Origin: Candidatus Krumholzibacteriia bacterium | Lineage (GTDB): Bacteria > Krumholzibacteriota > Krumholzibacteriia > JAJRXK01 | Assembly (NCBI GenBank): GCA_041484665.1 | Contig: JBGPIA010000003.1 | Location: 192,001-256,000 of the forward strand | Direction: 5' to 3' | DNA: 64,000 nt | In this document: in pieces, positions 30,077 through 41,234 of the stretch | Layout: each line of letters opens with the position of its first letter | Numbering within the stretch: the first letter of the stretch is position 1 | Position numbers and translations under genes: made by a program | The notes under the pieces: generated by a model | The model's input: only the letters and a program-made list of their open reading frames with translations | Told to the model about the DNA's origin: nothing | Databases searched by the model: none

Positions 30077-32311
30077 TCAGGCGCGCTCGGCGCCCACGGG
30101 AGTCGGGGGAGGCACGCGGGACAGATCGGCGAAGCGCGCGAACATGTAATGCAGTGCCTCGAGGAACGCGAGCCGTGCGCGCCGGAGCTCCGGGTCCGGA
30201 GCGTTGACCAGCACGGCGGTGAAGTAACGGTCGATGGGCGCTCCGAGCCCCGCCAGCGTCGCGTAGACGGCCTCGTAGTCGCCAGCCTGCTGGCCCTCCC
30301 GTAGCCGGGGCACGGCCGAGAGCGCCGCCGCGTACAGCTCCGCCTCCGCCGGCTCCCGCAGCCCCTGGGAGGAGAACCCGGGCGCGGCGCCGCCTGCCGC
30401 GTGCGCGACCCACGCTTCCCACCGCTGCCGCGCGCGTTGCTGCAGTTGTTCTGCCCGGATGTGGGGCGCGAGCGCCTCCTCGGGGAGCTCGCCCTCCTTG
30501 ACGAGGATATTGCGGCAGCGCTTGGCCCCCAAGAGCAGCATCCCGAAGCCGGCCTGGCCCTGGAAGGCGGCCAGCGCACGCGCCGCGCGCACGTTCTCGA
30601 CGGGGTCCAGCGGTGACACGGAGAGCACGGCGCGTACGATCTCGGGCGGCAGGTCGCCCAGATACGTCTCCAGGCGCCCCCAATACAGATCGTCGGTCTG
30701 CAGGAGCGCCTCACGGCGCTGCTCGTCCGTGGCCGTGAATCCCGCCAGCGCGCGCCGCGTCCAGTCGTCCAACGGCAGGTGCCAACCCTGCTCCACGAGG
30801 ATGCGCAGAACCGCCAGCGACTGCCGGCGCAGAGCGTAGGGATCCTGTCCTGCGCTGGGTGCGAAGCCTGCCAGCGCGCAGCCGGCGATGGAGTCGAGGC
30901 GGTCGGCCAGCGCCACGAGCAACGCGAGCGTCCCCGCGGGGAGCCGGTCCCCCGCAAAGCGCGGGTAGAGGTGCTCGAGCACGACGTCGGCTACCTCCGC
31001 CGGCTCGTGCGCCTCCAGGGCATAATAGCGGCCGATCACGCCCTGCAGCTTGGTGAACTCCTTTCCGTCCTTGATCATCTCGCTGCCGAGGTCGCTCTTG
31101 CACAGCAGCGCGGCGCGGCGCAGGAGCGCCGCGTCGACCGGCGCACGGAGAGCGCCGGCCAGCCCGTCGGCCAGGGCGGCGATCCGCTCGCACTTGTCCC
31201 GCACGCTGCCGTAGCCCTCCAGCCAGACGATGCGAGCCAGACGCTCCAGCTTCTGGTCGCTGGGCACGGCGCGGTCCTCGTTCCAATAGAAAAGGGCATC
31301 GTTGAGGCGGGCGCGCAGTACGCGCTCGTTGCCCTGGACCACGTTGGCCAGGGCGCGGTCGCCACCATCGCGAAACGTGATGAAGCGCGGCACGAGCGTG
31401 CCGTCCGGCCGCTCCACGCTGAAATAGCGCTGGTGCGCCCGCATGGCCGTGATGATGACCTCTTTCGGGAGCACCCCGACCACGGCGGGATCGTACGAGC
31501 CCGTCACCGGCCAGGGGTGCTCCAGCAGGTAGGTGACCTCCTCCAGGAGATCCGGGTCCTCGTGGAGACGTCCGCCCGCCTGCTGGGCGATGCGACGGGC
31601 CTCCTGCTGGACGCGTTCGCCGCGCAGCGCGGCCCGCGCGACCACGTGCGCACAGGCGAGCTCCGTCTCGTAGTCCGCAGCGTGCCGCAACGAGACCGGT
31701 CGATCGTCGAGGGTGCGATGGCCGCGCGTGGTGCGCCCGGCCACCAGGTGCTCCAGCCGCAGCGGGATCTCCTCGTCGCCGAGCAGGCAAACCAGCCAAC
31801 GGATCGGCCGCGCGTAGGCCAGCGCGCTCCCCGGAATCCAGCGCATAGTCTTGGGGAAGCCGAGCGCGATCAGGTGCTCGGCCAGCCCGTCGGCCAGCAG
31901 CAGGTCGCGCGTGCGCGCACCGCCGATCTGCACCTGCGCCCCCACGCGCTCGCCGCGCGGCGACGCGAAGCGGCCCAGCCCCTCCACCGGCACGCCCGCC
32001 GAGCGCGCGAAGCCCTGGGCGGCCGGCGTGGGTCTGCCCTGCGCGTCGAACGCGGCCGCGACCGCAGGCCCGAGCTTCAGCTCGCGGCGCTCGCGTTGCG
32101 CGAGGGCCACGTCGCGCACCAGCACGGCCAGGCGGCGCGGCGTGGCGAACTCCTGCGTGCCGTCGCGGCGGTACTCCACCGCGTTCTCGTCCAGCACACC
32201 GAGCAGGTTCTCACGCAGCCGGGCCACCGCGGCAGGGATGTACCCGGCCGGGATCTCCTCGCTGCCGATCTCGAGCAGCAGGTCGGCGGAGGCCGGCTCA
32301 GGACGCGACAT
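30077..32311 (-). CDS. glyS: Glycine--tRNA ligase beta subunit
   Basis: [58 protein letters not shown]. Confidence 0.96.
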   Translation of the reverse strand: MSRPEPASADLLLEIGSEEIPAGYIPAAVARLRENLLGVLDENAVEYRRDGTQEFATPRRLAVLVRDVALAQRERRELKLGPAVAAAFDAQGRPTPAAQGFARSAGVPVEGLGRFASPRGERVGAQVQIGGARTRDLLLADGLAEHLIALGFPKTMRWIPGSALAYARPIRWLVCLLGDEEIPLRLEHLVAGRTTRGHRTLDDRPVSLRHAADYETELACAHVVARAALRGERVQQEARRIAQQAGGRLHEDPDLLEEVTYLLEHPWPVTGSYDPAVVGVLPKEVIITAMRAHQRYFSVERPDGTLVPRFITFRDGGDRALANVVQGNERVLRARLNDALFYWNEDRAVPSDQKLERLARIVWLEGYGSVRDKCERIAALADGLAGALRAPVDAALLRRAALLCKSDLGSEMIKDGKEFTKLQGVIGRYYALEAHEPAEVADVVLEHLYPRFAGDRLPAGTLALLVALADRLDSIAGCALAGFAPSAGQDPYALRRQSLAVLRILVEQGWHLPLDDWTRRALAGFTATDEQRREALLQTDDLYWGRLETYLGDLPPEIVRAVLSVSPLDPVENVRAARALAAFQGQAGFGMLLLGAKRCRNILVKEGELPEEALAPHIRAEQLQQRARQRWEAWVAHAAGGAAPGFSSQGLREPAEAELYAAALSAVPRLREGQQAGDYEAVYATLAGLGAPIDRYFTAVLVNAPDPELRRARLAFLEALHYMFARFADLSRVPPPTPVGAERA

Positions 32312-33206
32312 GGCCGCCTCCGTGCGCGTCGCGTCCCTTGGCCAGCAGCGGAAAGCCCATGGCCTCGCGCTTGGCCACGTAGGCCTTGGCCGCCATCTTG
32401 GCCAGCCGCCGCACGCGGGCGATGTACCCCGTGCGCTCGGTAACGCTGATGGCGCCGCGTGCCTCGAGCACGTTGAACAGGTGGCTGCATTTGGTCACGG
32501 CATCGTACCCGGGGAAGACCAACCCGCGCTCCAGCAGCTCCTGGGCCTCCTGCTCCCGCTCATCGAACCAGCGGAAGTAGCGCTCGACCCCCGCCGCTTT
32601 GAAGTTGAATTCGCTGTACTCGCGCTCGAACTGGCCGTTGACCTCGCCCCAGGTCATCCCACCACCCCAGGCGAGGTCCAGGACGTGGTCGACGCGCTGC
32701 AGGAACATCGCCAGGCGCAGCAGTCCATAGGTGAGCTCGGCACTCACCACGTCCAGCTCCAGCCCCCCGACTTGCTGGAAGTAGGTGAACTGCGTGACCT
32801 CCATCCCGTCCATCCACACTTCCCAGCCCAGTCCCGCGGCGCCCAGCGTGGGCGACTCCCAGTCGTCCTCCACGAAGCGTACGTCGTGGTCCGCGGGGTC
32901 GAAGCCGATGGCCTCCAGGCTGCGCAGGTAGAGGTCCTGCACGTTCTCGGGGGCCGGCTTCAGGACTACCTGGTACTGGAGGAACTGGTGCACGCGATTG
33001 GGGTTCTCTCCGTACCGTCCATCCTTGGGCCGCTTGCTCGGCTCTACGTAGGCCACCTTCCATGGCTCCGGCCCCAGGCAGCGCAGAAACGTGTTGGGAT
33101 TGAACGTGCCCGCCCCGACCTCGGAATTGTACGGTTGGGCGATCACGCACCCCTGCTCCATCCAGAAGCCCTGGAGCTTGTAGATCATCTCCTGTTCGCT
33201 GATCAT
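32298..33206 (-). CDS. glyQ: Glycine--tRNA ligase alpha subunit
   Basis: [61 protein letters not shown]. Start 33206 or 33212. Confidence 0.97.
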   Translation of the reverse strand: MISEQEMIYKLQGFWMEQGCVIAQPYNSEVGAGTFNPNTFLRCLGPEPWKVAYVEPSKRPKDGRYGENPNRVHQFLQYQVVLKPAPENVQDLYLRSLEAIGFDPADHDVRFVEDDWESPTLGAAGLGWEVWMDGMEVTQFTYFQQVGGLELDVVSAELTYGLLRLAMFLQRVDHVLDLAWGGGMTWGEVNGQFEREYSEFNFKAAGVERYFRWFDEREQEAQELLERGLVFPGYDAVTKCSHLFNVLEARGAISVTERTGYIARVRRLAKMAAKAYVAKREAMGFPLLAKGRDAHGGGHVAS

Positions 33207-33233
33207 CGCCATTCCTGTTCGCTGATCATCGCC
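33190..33233. repeat. Exact 21-bp direct repeat (period 23) duplicating the glyQ start region
   Basis: TCCTGTTCGCTGATCATCGCC at 33190-33210 and 33213-33233. Confidence 0.95.
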
Positions 33234-33294
33234 GTTTCGGCTCGCTGCACATCGAAGGACCCGCCCACCCGTGATCGGCGCGGCTGCCCGCTCT

Positions 33295-34080
33295 TCATCT
33301 CCGCACATCGTCCGTCCAGACCAACGCGCGCGGCAGCCGGTAGCTGGGCAGATGGAAGGTCATGTGGTCGTGGAGCAGCCGGCCCACGGCGCGCCGCGCA
33401 CGCGCGTCCAGCTCCGGCAGCGGCCCCGCCTCCAGGCACGTCGCCACCGCCTCCAGATCGCGCAAACCCTCGCGATCGATCCACCGCGCGGGCGCCTGGC
33501 TGCACCTCTCGCAGGTCAGACTGCCGTCCTGCGGCCGGTACCCGGCGCGCGCCGCTTGGCGCAGGGGTGCACCACACTCCCCGCAGGCGATCGCGTCCAG
33601 CCCCAGCCCAAAGCTCTGCAGCAGCGCAGCCTCCAGGCCGAAGAACAGGGCCCACGTCGGCGCGGGTCCCGCCTCGTGCCAGCGGTCCAGGAAGCGGCTG
33701 TAGATGCGCGCGATCTCGGGAAGCGGCTCGCGCTCCGGCAGCAGACGCTGCGCCAGCTCCAGCGCGGCGAGCAGATGGAAAAGCTTATCGAGGCCTCCCG
33801 CCCCGGTCAAGGCGGCCCTGTGCAGCGTGGCGTCCGCCAGGATCCACAGCTCGCGGTCGGCGCGCGGATAGAAGACCAGCTGCAGCTCGTTGCCCGGCTC
33901 GAGCAGGTGCGCGAGGCGGTGCCCGGGCGCGCGCACGCCCTTGGCCACCAGCTTCACGTGGCCGTGCGCTGCGGTCAGCGCGCTCACGATGCGGCTGGTC
34001 TCGCTCAGCTTGATGCTGCCGAGCACGACCGCCTCGTCCGCCACGGGCCCCCGGCGCAGCGTCGCTCCCATGGCGCTCAA
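33295..34080 (-). CDS. recO: DNA repair protein RecO
   Basis: [27 protein letters not shown]; Zn finger CGEC...CERC; typical position before glyQS. Start may be ATG 34071. Confidence 0.93.
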   Translation of the reverse strand: MSAMGATLRRGPVADEAVVLGSIKLSETSRIVSALTAAHGHVKLVAKGVRAPGHRLAHLLEPGNELQLVFYPRADRELWILADATLHRAALTGAGGLDKLFHLLAALELAQRLLPEREPLPEIARIYSRFLDRWHEAGPAPTWALFFGLEAALLQSFGLGLDAIACGECGAPLRQAARAGYRPQDGSLTCERCSQAPARWIDREGLRDLEAVATCLEAGPLPELDARARRAVGRLLHDHMTFHLPSYRLPRALVWTDDVRR

Positions 34081-34730
34081 GGGGCCGCGCGCAGCCGCGA
34101 CACCGCCTCCCCCAACCGATCGCGCCCGGCGTCGGAGACCACGGCGCCCCCGGACATCACCAGCTTGAGCCCGTCCTCGGCGGTGAGCGCAAGCTCGACG
34201 ATGTCCGCGCGGGGGAGGATCAGCAGGAACCCGGTCGTGGGATTGGGCGTGGTGGGCAGGAACACGTTCACGAAGGCCTCGCTGCGCGCCCCCTGCAGCT
34301 CGTTGGTCACGAAGCCCACCGAGTAGAGTCCGGGGCGCGGATACTCGAACAGCACCACCTTGCGGAATGCCGACCGCTTCTCCGCCAGCAGGAGGGTCGA
34401 GAGCTCCCGGATGGAGACGTAGATCGCCTTGATCAGGGGGATGCGCGACACCAGCCGGTCGAAGGCCGCGATGGCGGCGCGGCCCAGCCCCTTGCTGGCC
34501 AGGTAGCCCACGAGCATCACGAGCAGGACGGCGGCCAGCAGTCCGATCCCCGTGAAGCCCGACTCCGGAATGCGCGAGCCGAGCCGCGGGACGCTCTTGA
34601 GCAACGGCCGCAGCCAGCCGTCAATGGCGCGCAGCACTGTCAGGAACACCCACCCGGTGATGGCCGCCGGCGCCAGAACCAGCATTCCCGTCAGCAGCGA
34701 GCGCCGCAGCGACGCCCGGGTGGGCCTCAC
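34077..34730 (-). CDS. DUF502 domain membrane protein
   Basis: RIPLIKAIY, VVLFEYPRPG, VFLPTTPNPTTGFL, LKLVMSGG. Confidence 0.92.
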   Translation of the reverse strand: MRPTRASLRRSLLTGMLVLAPAAITGWVFLTVLRAIDGWLRPLLKSVPRLGSRIPESGFTGIGLLAAVLLVMLVGYLASKGLGRAAIAAFDRLVSRIPLIKAIYVSIRELSTLLLAEKRSAFRKVVLFEYPRPGLYSVGFVTNELQGARSEAFVNVFLPTTPNPTTGFLLILPRADIVELALTAEDGLKLVMSGGAVVSDAGRDRLGEAVSRLRAAP

Positions 34731-36046
34731 GACGCCTCCTCCAGCTGACCCATGGCGGTCCCCTTCTGTGGCTGGCGCAGCTCGGATTGAGCGTGGAGCG
34801 TGACCTGGCGGATGCGCTGGCGGTCGACCCGATCGATGGTGAAGCGCAGGTCACCGAACTCGATCTGCTCGCCGCGGGCCGGGACCTTGCCCGCCAGCGC
34901 ATAGAGCAATCCCGCCAGCGTGTCGCTCTCCTGCGTGGGAAGCGAGAGCCCCAGCGACTCGTTGAGATCGTCCAGATCGATGCGCGGGTCGATCACGGCG
35001 CGGTGGGCGTCCACCAGGCGGATGAGCTCGCCCTCCGTATCGAACTCGTCCTGGATCTCGCCCACGATCTCCTCGAGGATGTCCTCGAGCGTCACGATGC
35101 CGGCCGTGCCGCCGTACTCGTCCACCACGACGGCCAGGTGGACGCGCCGGTCGCGGAACTCGTGGAGCGCCTCGCCGATCTTCTTGCTCTCAGGCAGGAA
35201 GTGGACGGGACGCAGCAGTTGGCGCACGGTGGGCGACTCGCCCCGCGCCTGCGCCCACAGCAGCTCCTTGGTGTGCAGGATCCCCAGAATACGGTCCTGG
35301 CTCCCCTCCCACACCGGCAGGCGCGTGAAGCGCTCGCTGGAGGCGAGCTGGATGGCCTCCGCCAACGGCGTGTCCACGTCCAGCCCCACCATGTCGATGC
35401 GCGGGACCATGATCTCGCGCAGCTCGGTGTCGCGCAGCTCGAAGATGCCGCGCACCCAATCGCGCTCCTGCGGGCGCAAGCCAGGCGTAGCGTCCTCCTC
35501 CTCGAGGATCTCGAGGATCTCGCGGCCAGAGAACGGCGGCGAGATATCCACAGCCCAGACACGGGGCGCTAGGCGCGAGAGCGCGCCCTCCAGCGAAAGC
35601 GTCAGCGGCCGCAGCAGCACGAACAGCGGTAGCGCCAGCCCGGTGCCCCAGCGCGTGACTTCGAGAGGCCGCGCCAGTGCCAGGGAGCGCAGCGCGATGG
35701 ATCCGACCAGGACGGCCGCCAGGAAGACCGCCCAGGCCAGGAACCAACCCGCCAGGCCCGCGGGCCGGATCACCCGCGCGCAGCCCGCAGCATACGCGGC
35801 GGCCGCCCACAGCAACGCGAGCATGCAAGCGCAGGACAACGTGAGGAGCACGGCGCGCGGGTGCGAGCGCAGCCGCCCCCACGGCTTCCAGTGCGCGTGC
35901 TCGGGGAGCAGGCCTTCGCGCTGCATGCGCAGGTAGGTGGTCAACGCCGCGATCATGCCCGAGAGCACGATGCACAGCAGCAGGCCCGTCACCAGCGCCG
36001 CGATCACCCACGCCAAGGCCGCCGTCTCGCCCTGCGCGCCATTCAC
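34727..36046 (-). CDS. Hemolysin-family/CNNM transporter (TM + 2 CBS + CorC-HlyC)
   Basis: REIMVPRIDM, FTRLPVW, AVVVDEYGGTAGIVTLEDILEEIVGEIQDEFD. Confidence 0.92.
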   Translation of the reverse strand: MNGAQGETAALAWVIAALVTGLLLCIVLSGMIAALTTYLRMQREGLLPEHAHWKPWGRLRSHPRAVLLTLSCACMLALLWAAAAYAAGCARVIRPAGLAGWFLAWAVFLAAVLVGSIALRSLALARPLEVTRWGTGLALPLFVLLRPLTLSLEGALSRLAPRVWAVDISPPFSGREILEILEEEDATPGLRPQERDWVRGIFELRDTELREIMVPRIDMVGLDVDTPLAEAIQLASSERFTRLPVWEGSQDRILGILHTKELLWAQARGESPTVRQLLRPVHFLPESKKIGEALHEFRDRRVHLAVVVDEYGGTAGIVTLEDILEEIVGEIQDEFDTEGELIRLVDAHRAVIDPRIDLDDLNESLGLSLPTQESDTLAGLLYALAGKVPARGEQIEFGDLRFTIDRVDRQRIRQVTLHAQSELRQPQKGTAMGQLEEAS

Positions 36047-36047
36047 G

Positions 36048-36575
36048 TCAGCTCACCGCCTTCCGCGTCCGCCGCGCTGGCCGCGGGACCCGGGCCAGCA
36101 ACGCGCGCTGCCGCGCCTCCATCCGCGCCGCCTCGCGATTCTCGCGGTGGTCGAAGCCCAGCACGTGGAGCAGTCCGTGGGCCACCATCAATAGCAGGTC
36201 CTCCTCGGAGTCGGGGGTGCCGGGATTGCGCCGCCGCACGGTGTCGAGGCTGATCAGCACCTGCCCCACGAGCACCGGCGACATGGCGGCCGGCTTGGGA
36301 TCGCAGAACGCGCGCGCGCGCGCCCGACCCGCCAGCAGCGCGGCGCGCCGGCGCTCGTGGCCGCTCAAGTAGGAGAACGACAGCACGTCGGTCGCAGCGT
36401 CCTTGCCGCGGTAGGCGTGGTTGAGGGCGCGCAGCCGTCCGTCGGTGGTCAAGACGACCTCCAGCACGCCGTCGCGCGGTCCGGCGCAGGCCACCAGGCG
36501 CCGCGCGCGGCGACGCCACTCAGGCCCCGGGCGCCAAGCCCGCGCCCTTGCGTCGAGCACGAGCTCGAGCGTCAA
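36048..36575 (-). CDS. ybeY: rRNA maturation RNase YbeY
   Basis: LNHAYRGKDAATDVLSF; HGLLHVLGFDH zinc motif; phoH-HD-ybeY-corC synteny. Confidence 0.93.
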   Translation of the reverse strand: MTLELVLDARARAWRPGPEWRRRARRLVACAGPRDGVLEVVLTTDGRLRALNHAYRGKDAATDVLSFSYLSGHERRRAALLAGRARARAFCDPKPAAMSPVLVGQVLISLDTVRRRNPGTPDSEEDLLLMVAHGLLHVLGFDHRENREAARMEARQRALLARVPRPARRTRKAVS

Positions 36576-38829
36576 GTCCCTCCTGCTCCTTCTGGTCCTC
36601 GTGGGCCGACTGCCCGGGGTAGGCGACCCGCTCGTGATGGATGCTGACGAGGATCGGGATGAAGGCCTCGCGCACCTTGGCGAGATCCGCCAGCGTAAGC
36701 CCGCACTCGTCGAGCTCGCCCTCGGCCATCCTGCGCTCGAACACCTTGCGCGTCATCTCCCGGATACGGCTGGGCGTGGGGCGGCGCAAGGACCGCGTGG
36801 CCGCCTCGACGCCGTCCGCCAGCATCACGATCGCAGTCTCGCGGCAGCGGGGCCGCGGCCCGGGATAGCGGAAATCGTCCACGCTCACGGCCCCGCCGTC
36901 GTCGCGCTCGAGCGCCTTCTGGTAGAAATACTGCATGACGGTGGTCCCGTGGTGCTCCGGAATGAAATCGGTCACCGTGGCGGGCAGCCCCCACTGCCGT
37001 CCCAGCTCGACGCCGTCGCGCACGTGCGCCGCAATGACCATGGCGCTCATGGAGGGTGTCAGGTCGTCGTGGACGTTCTCCCCCGACTGGTTCTCCACGT
37101 AGTAGCGAGGCTTGAGCATCTTGCCGATGTCGTGGTAGCTGGCCCCCACGCGCGCCATCAGGCTGTTGGCGCCGATGGCGTGGGCCCCCGCCTCGGCGAG
37201 CTGGCCCACCACCTGGCTGTGGTGGAACGTGCCCGGCGACTCCAGCGCCATGCGCCGCATGAGCGGATGGTTGAGGTCGCTGAGCTCCAGCAGCGTCAGG
37301 TCGGTCGTCGCGCCGAACAGCGCCTCGAACATGGGGAGCAGGAACAGGGCGAGCACCGCGCTGGCGAAGGCGCCGATGGCGCCCAGGGCGATCTCGCGGC
37401 CGAGATCTGCGGATCCGCTGGAGAGCGCCAGCGCGGTCACGGCCGCAGCCGAGGTTACCGACACCACCGCCATGGACTTGTAGAACTGGTTGCGGTGGCG
37501 CACCCGCCGGATCGAGCGCACTGCGGCCACGGCGATCGCAACCCAGACCACGGCCATGGGCGCCGGCGCAGCGGCCGCGACCGCCAGCAGCAGGATCCCC
37601 GCCAACGCCACGCGCAGACCGTTGCCTTCCCCCAGCAGCACCGTGCCCAGCATGGCGGGCAAGGCGATCGGCACCGCGACTGGCGAGAGTCCGGGCCGCG
37701 CAACGACCAGCGAAGCCAGGCAGAGGAACAGGCCCAGCAGCGAGGACATGAGCAGGCTCGCACGCGCGCTCACCAGGTTGCGGCGCTCCGCCCGGGCGGC
37801 CAGGTGCAGCAGACCGCCCATGACGATGAGCACCTGCAGCGCGCGCCCCGCCAACAGCCGTACGCGCAGTCGCCCGCCGACGGCCGCCGCCCGGCGCGCC
37901 AGCTCCTCCTCCAGCGCGTCCAGCAGCCGCCGGTGATCGAGTGTCACGTGGGATCCGGCCCGCAGGATCAGTTCTCCGCGCGCGTAGGCGCGGTCCTCCA
38001 CCACGTCGGCCGCCCCCGCGCGCCGGCGCACCTCCGTCGCCTCGTCGTCGTAGCTGAGGTTTGCAGACAGCAGCAGCCCGAGCGTGCGGGCGAGCGCCGT
38101 CGCCTCTGCCGGCTCGAGCCCGCCGCGCGCCAGCGCGGCCGCGCGGTCGCGCAGGTGATCGCTGGAGACCAGGGCGTCAAGGGGCCGGGCGATCTCGGCT
38201 CCACTCCCCGGCTCGATCACGCGCACGGACGTATACGACCCCGACGGGAGCAGGTCGGCGATGCCGCCCCCGATGATCGCATCGGCCAGCTCCTGGGTCG
38301 CGCGCCGCAGCGCCTCGCCGCGCGTCGGATCGACGAAGGAGACCGCGTCGGGAGCTAGCACGCGCGCCACGCGCCGCGTGAGCAGCGACGCGCGCTCGGG
38401 CACCGCCAGGTCGCCGCGGGTGGAGGCGTCGCGGGACTGCTCGACCAGCTCCGCGACGCGCCGGCGCAACTGCGCGTTGGCTCCGGGGATGGCACGGTAG
38501 ACCGGCTCCACGCCGGCCGCTGCCTGGCGTCGCGCCGCCTCCAGCTCGCGCTGCGGCCGCGGCCCGTAGAACGTGAACGGCGCCCGCAGGTCCTCGTCGG
38601 CGACGGCACCCACCTCGAGGTCGTAGGCCTGGGTGATCGGGCTGGGAGGGAACAGCAGCAAGTGCAGGACGGCCACCGCGGCCGGCGGCAGGAGTGCAAT
38701 GCACAGGCGCACCGCGCGCCCGGGCCACCTCCCGCCCGGGGGCGGAGACGGCGCGCCGCGCGCGGCGGCCTCGGGCGAGGACACGCCCATCCCCCTCCGC
38801 GCGCCCAACAGCCCTAGGAGGGATCTCAT
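36520..38829 (-). CDS. 7TM-HDIG phosphohydrolase (PgpH/YqfF-like)
   Basis: Extracellular domain, multiple TMs, LLELSDLNHPL..PGTFHHS..YHDIGK..YYVENQ..EHHGT..MLADGVEAA. Confidence 0.92.
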   Translation of the reverse strand: MRSLLGLLGARRGMGVSSPEAAARGAPSPPPGGRWPGRAVRLCIALLPPAAVAVLHLLLFPPSPITQAYDLEVGAVADEDLRAPFTFYGPRPQRELEAARRQAAAGVEPVYRAIPGANAQLRRRVAELVEQSRDASTRGDLAVPERASLLTRRVARVLAPDAVSFVDPTRGEALRRATQELADAIIGGGIADLLPSGSYTSVRVIEPGSGAEIARPLDALVSSDHLRDRAAALARGGLEPAEATALARTLGLLLSANLSYDDEATEVRRRAGAADVVEDRAYARGELILRAGSHVTLDHRRLLDALEEELARRAAAVGGRLRVRLLAGRALQVLIVMGGLLHLAARAERRNLVSARASLLMSSLLGLFLCLASLVVARPGLSPVAVPIALPAMLGTVLLGEGNGLRVALAGILLLAVAAAAPAPMAVVWVAIAVAAVRSIRRVRHRNQFYKSMAVVSVTSAAAVTALALSSGSADLGREIALGAIGAFASAVLALFLLPMFEALFGATTDLTLLELSDLNHPLMRRMALESPGTFHHSQVVGQLAEAGAHAIGANSLMARVGASYHDIGKMLKPRYYVENQSGENVHDDLTPSMSAMVIAAHVRDGVELGRQWGLPATVTDFIPEHHGTTVMQYFYQKALERDDGGAVSVDDFRYPGPRPRCRETAIVMLADGVEAATRSLRRPTPSRIREMTRKVFERRMAEGELDECGLTLADLAKVREAFIPILVSIHHERVAYPGQSAHEDQKEQEGLDARARARRKGAGLAPGA

Positions 38830-39797
38830 GATTGGGCCTTGCTCTGCCCTGTCTCTTCCTGGCCGTTGAACGCGGCAACGATGCGGCGGACCAGCGGGTG
38901 GCGCACGACGTCGGACTCGTTCAGCTCGATGAACGCGACGCCGTCGACTCCATGGAGGATCTTACGGACGAGGATGAGGCCGCTGGCGGCGGGGTTCTGC
39001 AAGTCGATCTGCGTGATGTCCCCTGTGACGATGGCGCGCGTTCCCTCGCCGAAGCGCGTCAGGAACATCTTCATCTGGCCCAGGGTCGTGTTCTGCCCCT
39101 CGTCGAGGATCACGAACGCGCGGTTCAGCGTACGACCGCGCATGTAGGCAAGCGGCGCCACTTCGATCGTCCCCGTCGAGAGAAGGCGGGCGAGGCGCTG
39201 GGCGCCGAGGCACTCGGTCAGCGCGTCGTAGAGCGGTCTCAGGTAGGGGTCCACCTTCTCCTGGAGGTCGCCCGGGAGGAAGCCGAGCTGCTCGCCGGCC
39301 TCGACCGCGGGCCGCGCCAGCAGGATCCGGTCGACCTCGCGCCGCTCCAACGCCTTCACCGCCATCACGACGGCGAGGTAGGTCTTGCCCGTACCGGCTG
39401 GGCCGACCGCGAACACTACGTCGTGTTGGCGCATCGCCTCGACGTAGACGGCCTGGCCGGCTGTGCGGGGATGGATCGCCACCTGCCGGGTGGCGGTCAA
39501 CGCCAGCGGCTCCTCGGCGGGATCCGCAGTGCTGGACTCCGCGCCGCGCAGGATGCGCTCGATGCTGCTCGGGTCGACCGGCCGTCCGCGCCGCGCCCAC
39601 TCGATCAGCAGGCCGACGGCCCGGGTCATGGAGTCGACGTGCTCGGCGTCGCCCTCCAGGATTAGCTCGTCGCCGCGCACGACCAGTGTCCCGGGGAAAT
39701 GATCCTCGAGCCGGCGGAGATTGGCGTCGTGGTGGCCCAGGAAGGTCAGCAGGTCCAGCCCCTGCAAGGAGATGGTCGTGCGTTTGTCGTTGTTCAT
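38826..39797 (-). CDS. phoH: PhoH family ATPase
   Basis: GPAGTGKTYLA, RPAVEAGEQLGFLPGDL, APLAYMRGRTL, GDITQIDL, DVVRHPLV. Confidence 0.95.
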   Translation of the reverse strand: MNNDKRTTISLQGLDLLTFLGHHDANLRRLEDHFPGTLVVRGDELILEGDAEHVDSMTRAVGLLIEWARRGRPVDPSSIERILRGAESSTADPAEEPLALTATRQVAIHPRTAGQAVYVEAMRQHDVVFAVGPAGTGKTYLAVVMAVKALERREVDRILLARPAVEAGEQLGFLPGDLQEKVDPYLRPLYDALTECLGAQRLARLLSTGTIEVAPLAYMRGRTLNRAFVILDEGQNTTLGQMKMFLTRFGEGTRAIVTGDITQIDLQNPAASGLILVRKILHGVDGVAFIELNESDVVRHPLVRRIVAAFNGQEETGQSKAQS

Positions 39798-39891
39798 GGA
39801 GCGGCGGCGAAGGAAGAGCCGACCGGGAGGCAAGACCGGCGGATCAGGCGCATCCGACGCCTCGGGCGGTACCGAGCGGTTCCACGGCCAG

Positions 39892-39921
39892 AATCTAGCG
39901 CAGTCCCCAGCGCCCCGGCAA
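39892..39921 (-). promoter_or_regulatory. Possible sigma70-type promoter for the phoH operon
   Basis: TTGCCG-N18-TAGATT. Confidence 0.4.
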
Positions 39922-40101
39922 GGCGCCCTCCTGCCCCGCACCGGCCGGGGTGCTTTGGCCAGGCGGTCCTGCGTCCCGGGCCCGCCGCGCACGTCCGTCA
40001 CTTGATCGTCGGGCGCCCGCCCGGGAGACCGGCGGCGCGCCCCCGCCCGGCGGAAGCGCGTCATCCTGGCCGCGGCGGGCCTGGTCCACCGACCCAGGGG
40101 G

Positions 40102-40839
40102 CTAGCGGCCTCCGACGCGCTCGGAGCCGCCGGAACCCTCCCGCGGAATCGTCAGCACCCAACCCGGCATGATCAAGTTGGGGTCCTTGATGCGGTCCCG
40201 GTTGGCCTCGAACAGCTTGGGCCACATCGAGCGCTGATCGAAGACCTCCCAGTAGCCGGCGATGCGCGAAAGGAACTCGCCCTGGGACACCGTCCAGCTG
40301 TGGGGCCAATCGCGCGGAATGGTGAGCACCCAACCTGGGTGGATCACGTTGGGGTTGTGGATCTTGTCGCGGTTGGCGCGGTACAGTCGCGGCCACTTGA
40401 GCTTGTCGGCGTAGATCTCCTCGTTGGCCGCAATCCTGGCCAGGAACTCGCCTTCCTTCACCGTCCAGGACTTCGGGAGGTTCTCGAAGTAGGTGACCTC
40501 CGCCTGGAGCTTGTCAGACTCACCCTTGGCGGCCGTGGTGCGGCTCTCCAGGTCGTGCACCTCGGCCTGCACGCTCGCAACCTGGGCCGCGTTCTTCTCG
40601 GCTTCGGTCCGCGCGCTGGCGGTCGCCGCCTGGAGCCGGTTGAGCTCCGCGTCGAGCGCAGCGCAATAACTCTGGTATTTGTCCTTCTTGAGCCGGGCGA
40701 CTTCGTCGGCGTTGTAGTACTCGCCCTTGCCCACGTCGACGTTGCGCGTGACCTTCGAGGAGCATCCCCCAAGCAGCAGCGCCGCGGCGAAGGCGGTCGC
40801 GCCCGGGCAGCGCACCAAGAAGAGCCTTCTGGATCGCAT
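40102..40839 (-). CDS. Lipoprotein with coiled-coil stalk and two C-terminal LysM domains
   Basis: Lipobox LGGC; two repeats WTV..GEFL.RIA....W.(R/K)L..ANRD.I..PN.I.PGWVLTIP. Confidence 0.9.
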   Translation of the reverse strand: MRSRRLFLVRCPGATAFAAALLLGGCSSKVTRNVDVGKGEYYNADEVARLKKDKYQSYCAALDAELNRLQAATASARTEAEKNAAQVASVQAEVHDLESRTTAAKGESDKLQAEVTYFENLPKSWTVKEGEFLARIAANEEIYADKLKWPRLYRANRDKIHNPNVIHPGWVLTIPRDWPHSWTVSQGEFLSRIAGYWEVFDQRSMWPKLFEANRDRIKDPNLIMPGWVLTIPREGSGGSERVGGR

Positions 40840-40864
40840 GGTCGCTCCTTCCTTCCGGCCAGTC

Positions 40865-41143
40865 CTACCGGCCGCTGCCCTTCTTGAGCTCCTCCAGCTT
40901 GGCCTGCAGCTCCTTCGGATCGGGAAGGGCCGCCACCTGGCGCGTGAGCTCGGTCTTCTTCTGCTCGGCGGCGCTCAGCTCGGTCTTGCTGCCCTGCGCC
41001 TTCGCGGTCGCCGTCTGCACGTCGGCGCGCGCCGTTTCGATCTTGCTGGGGTCGGTGGAGCACGGCGCGTTCTTGCTGCAGCCGGCCGCCAGCAGGGCGC
41101 CCAGCAGCATCGACGCCACGCACCACTTCCTCACATTGCCCAT
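40865..41143 (-). CDS. Small coiled-coil lipoprotein (92 aa)
   Basis: GGAGGTG RBS; MGNVRKWCVASMLLGALLAAGC lipobox; heptad-rich mature region. Confidence 0.8.
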   Translation of the reverse strand: MGNVRKWCVASMLLGALLAAGCSKNAPCSTDPSKIETARADVQTATAKAQGSKTELSAAEQKKTELTRQVAALPDPKELQAKLEELKKGSGR

Positions 41144-41234
41144 CGCCAACACCTCCGTCGAGACCTCCACCACACAAAGCACCCACCCGCGCGGTCTGCC
41201 CACCGCGTGGGAGCAGCGCTCGTAGCGCGAGGCC

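Noticed and set aside
33234..33294. T-box or glycine riboswitch before glyQ
   Set aside because: Only about 60 nt available and no signature motifs.
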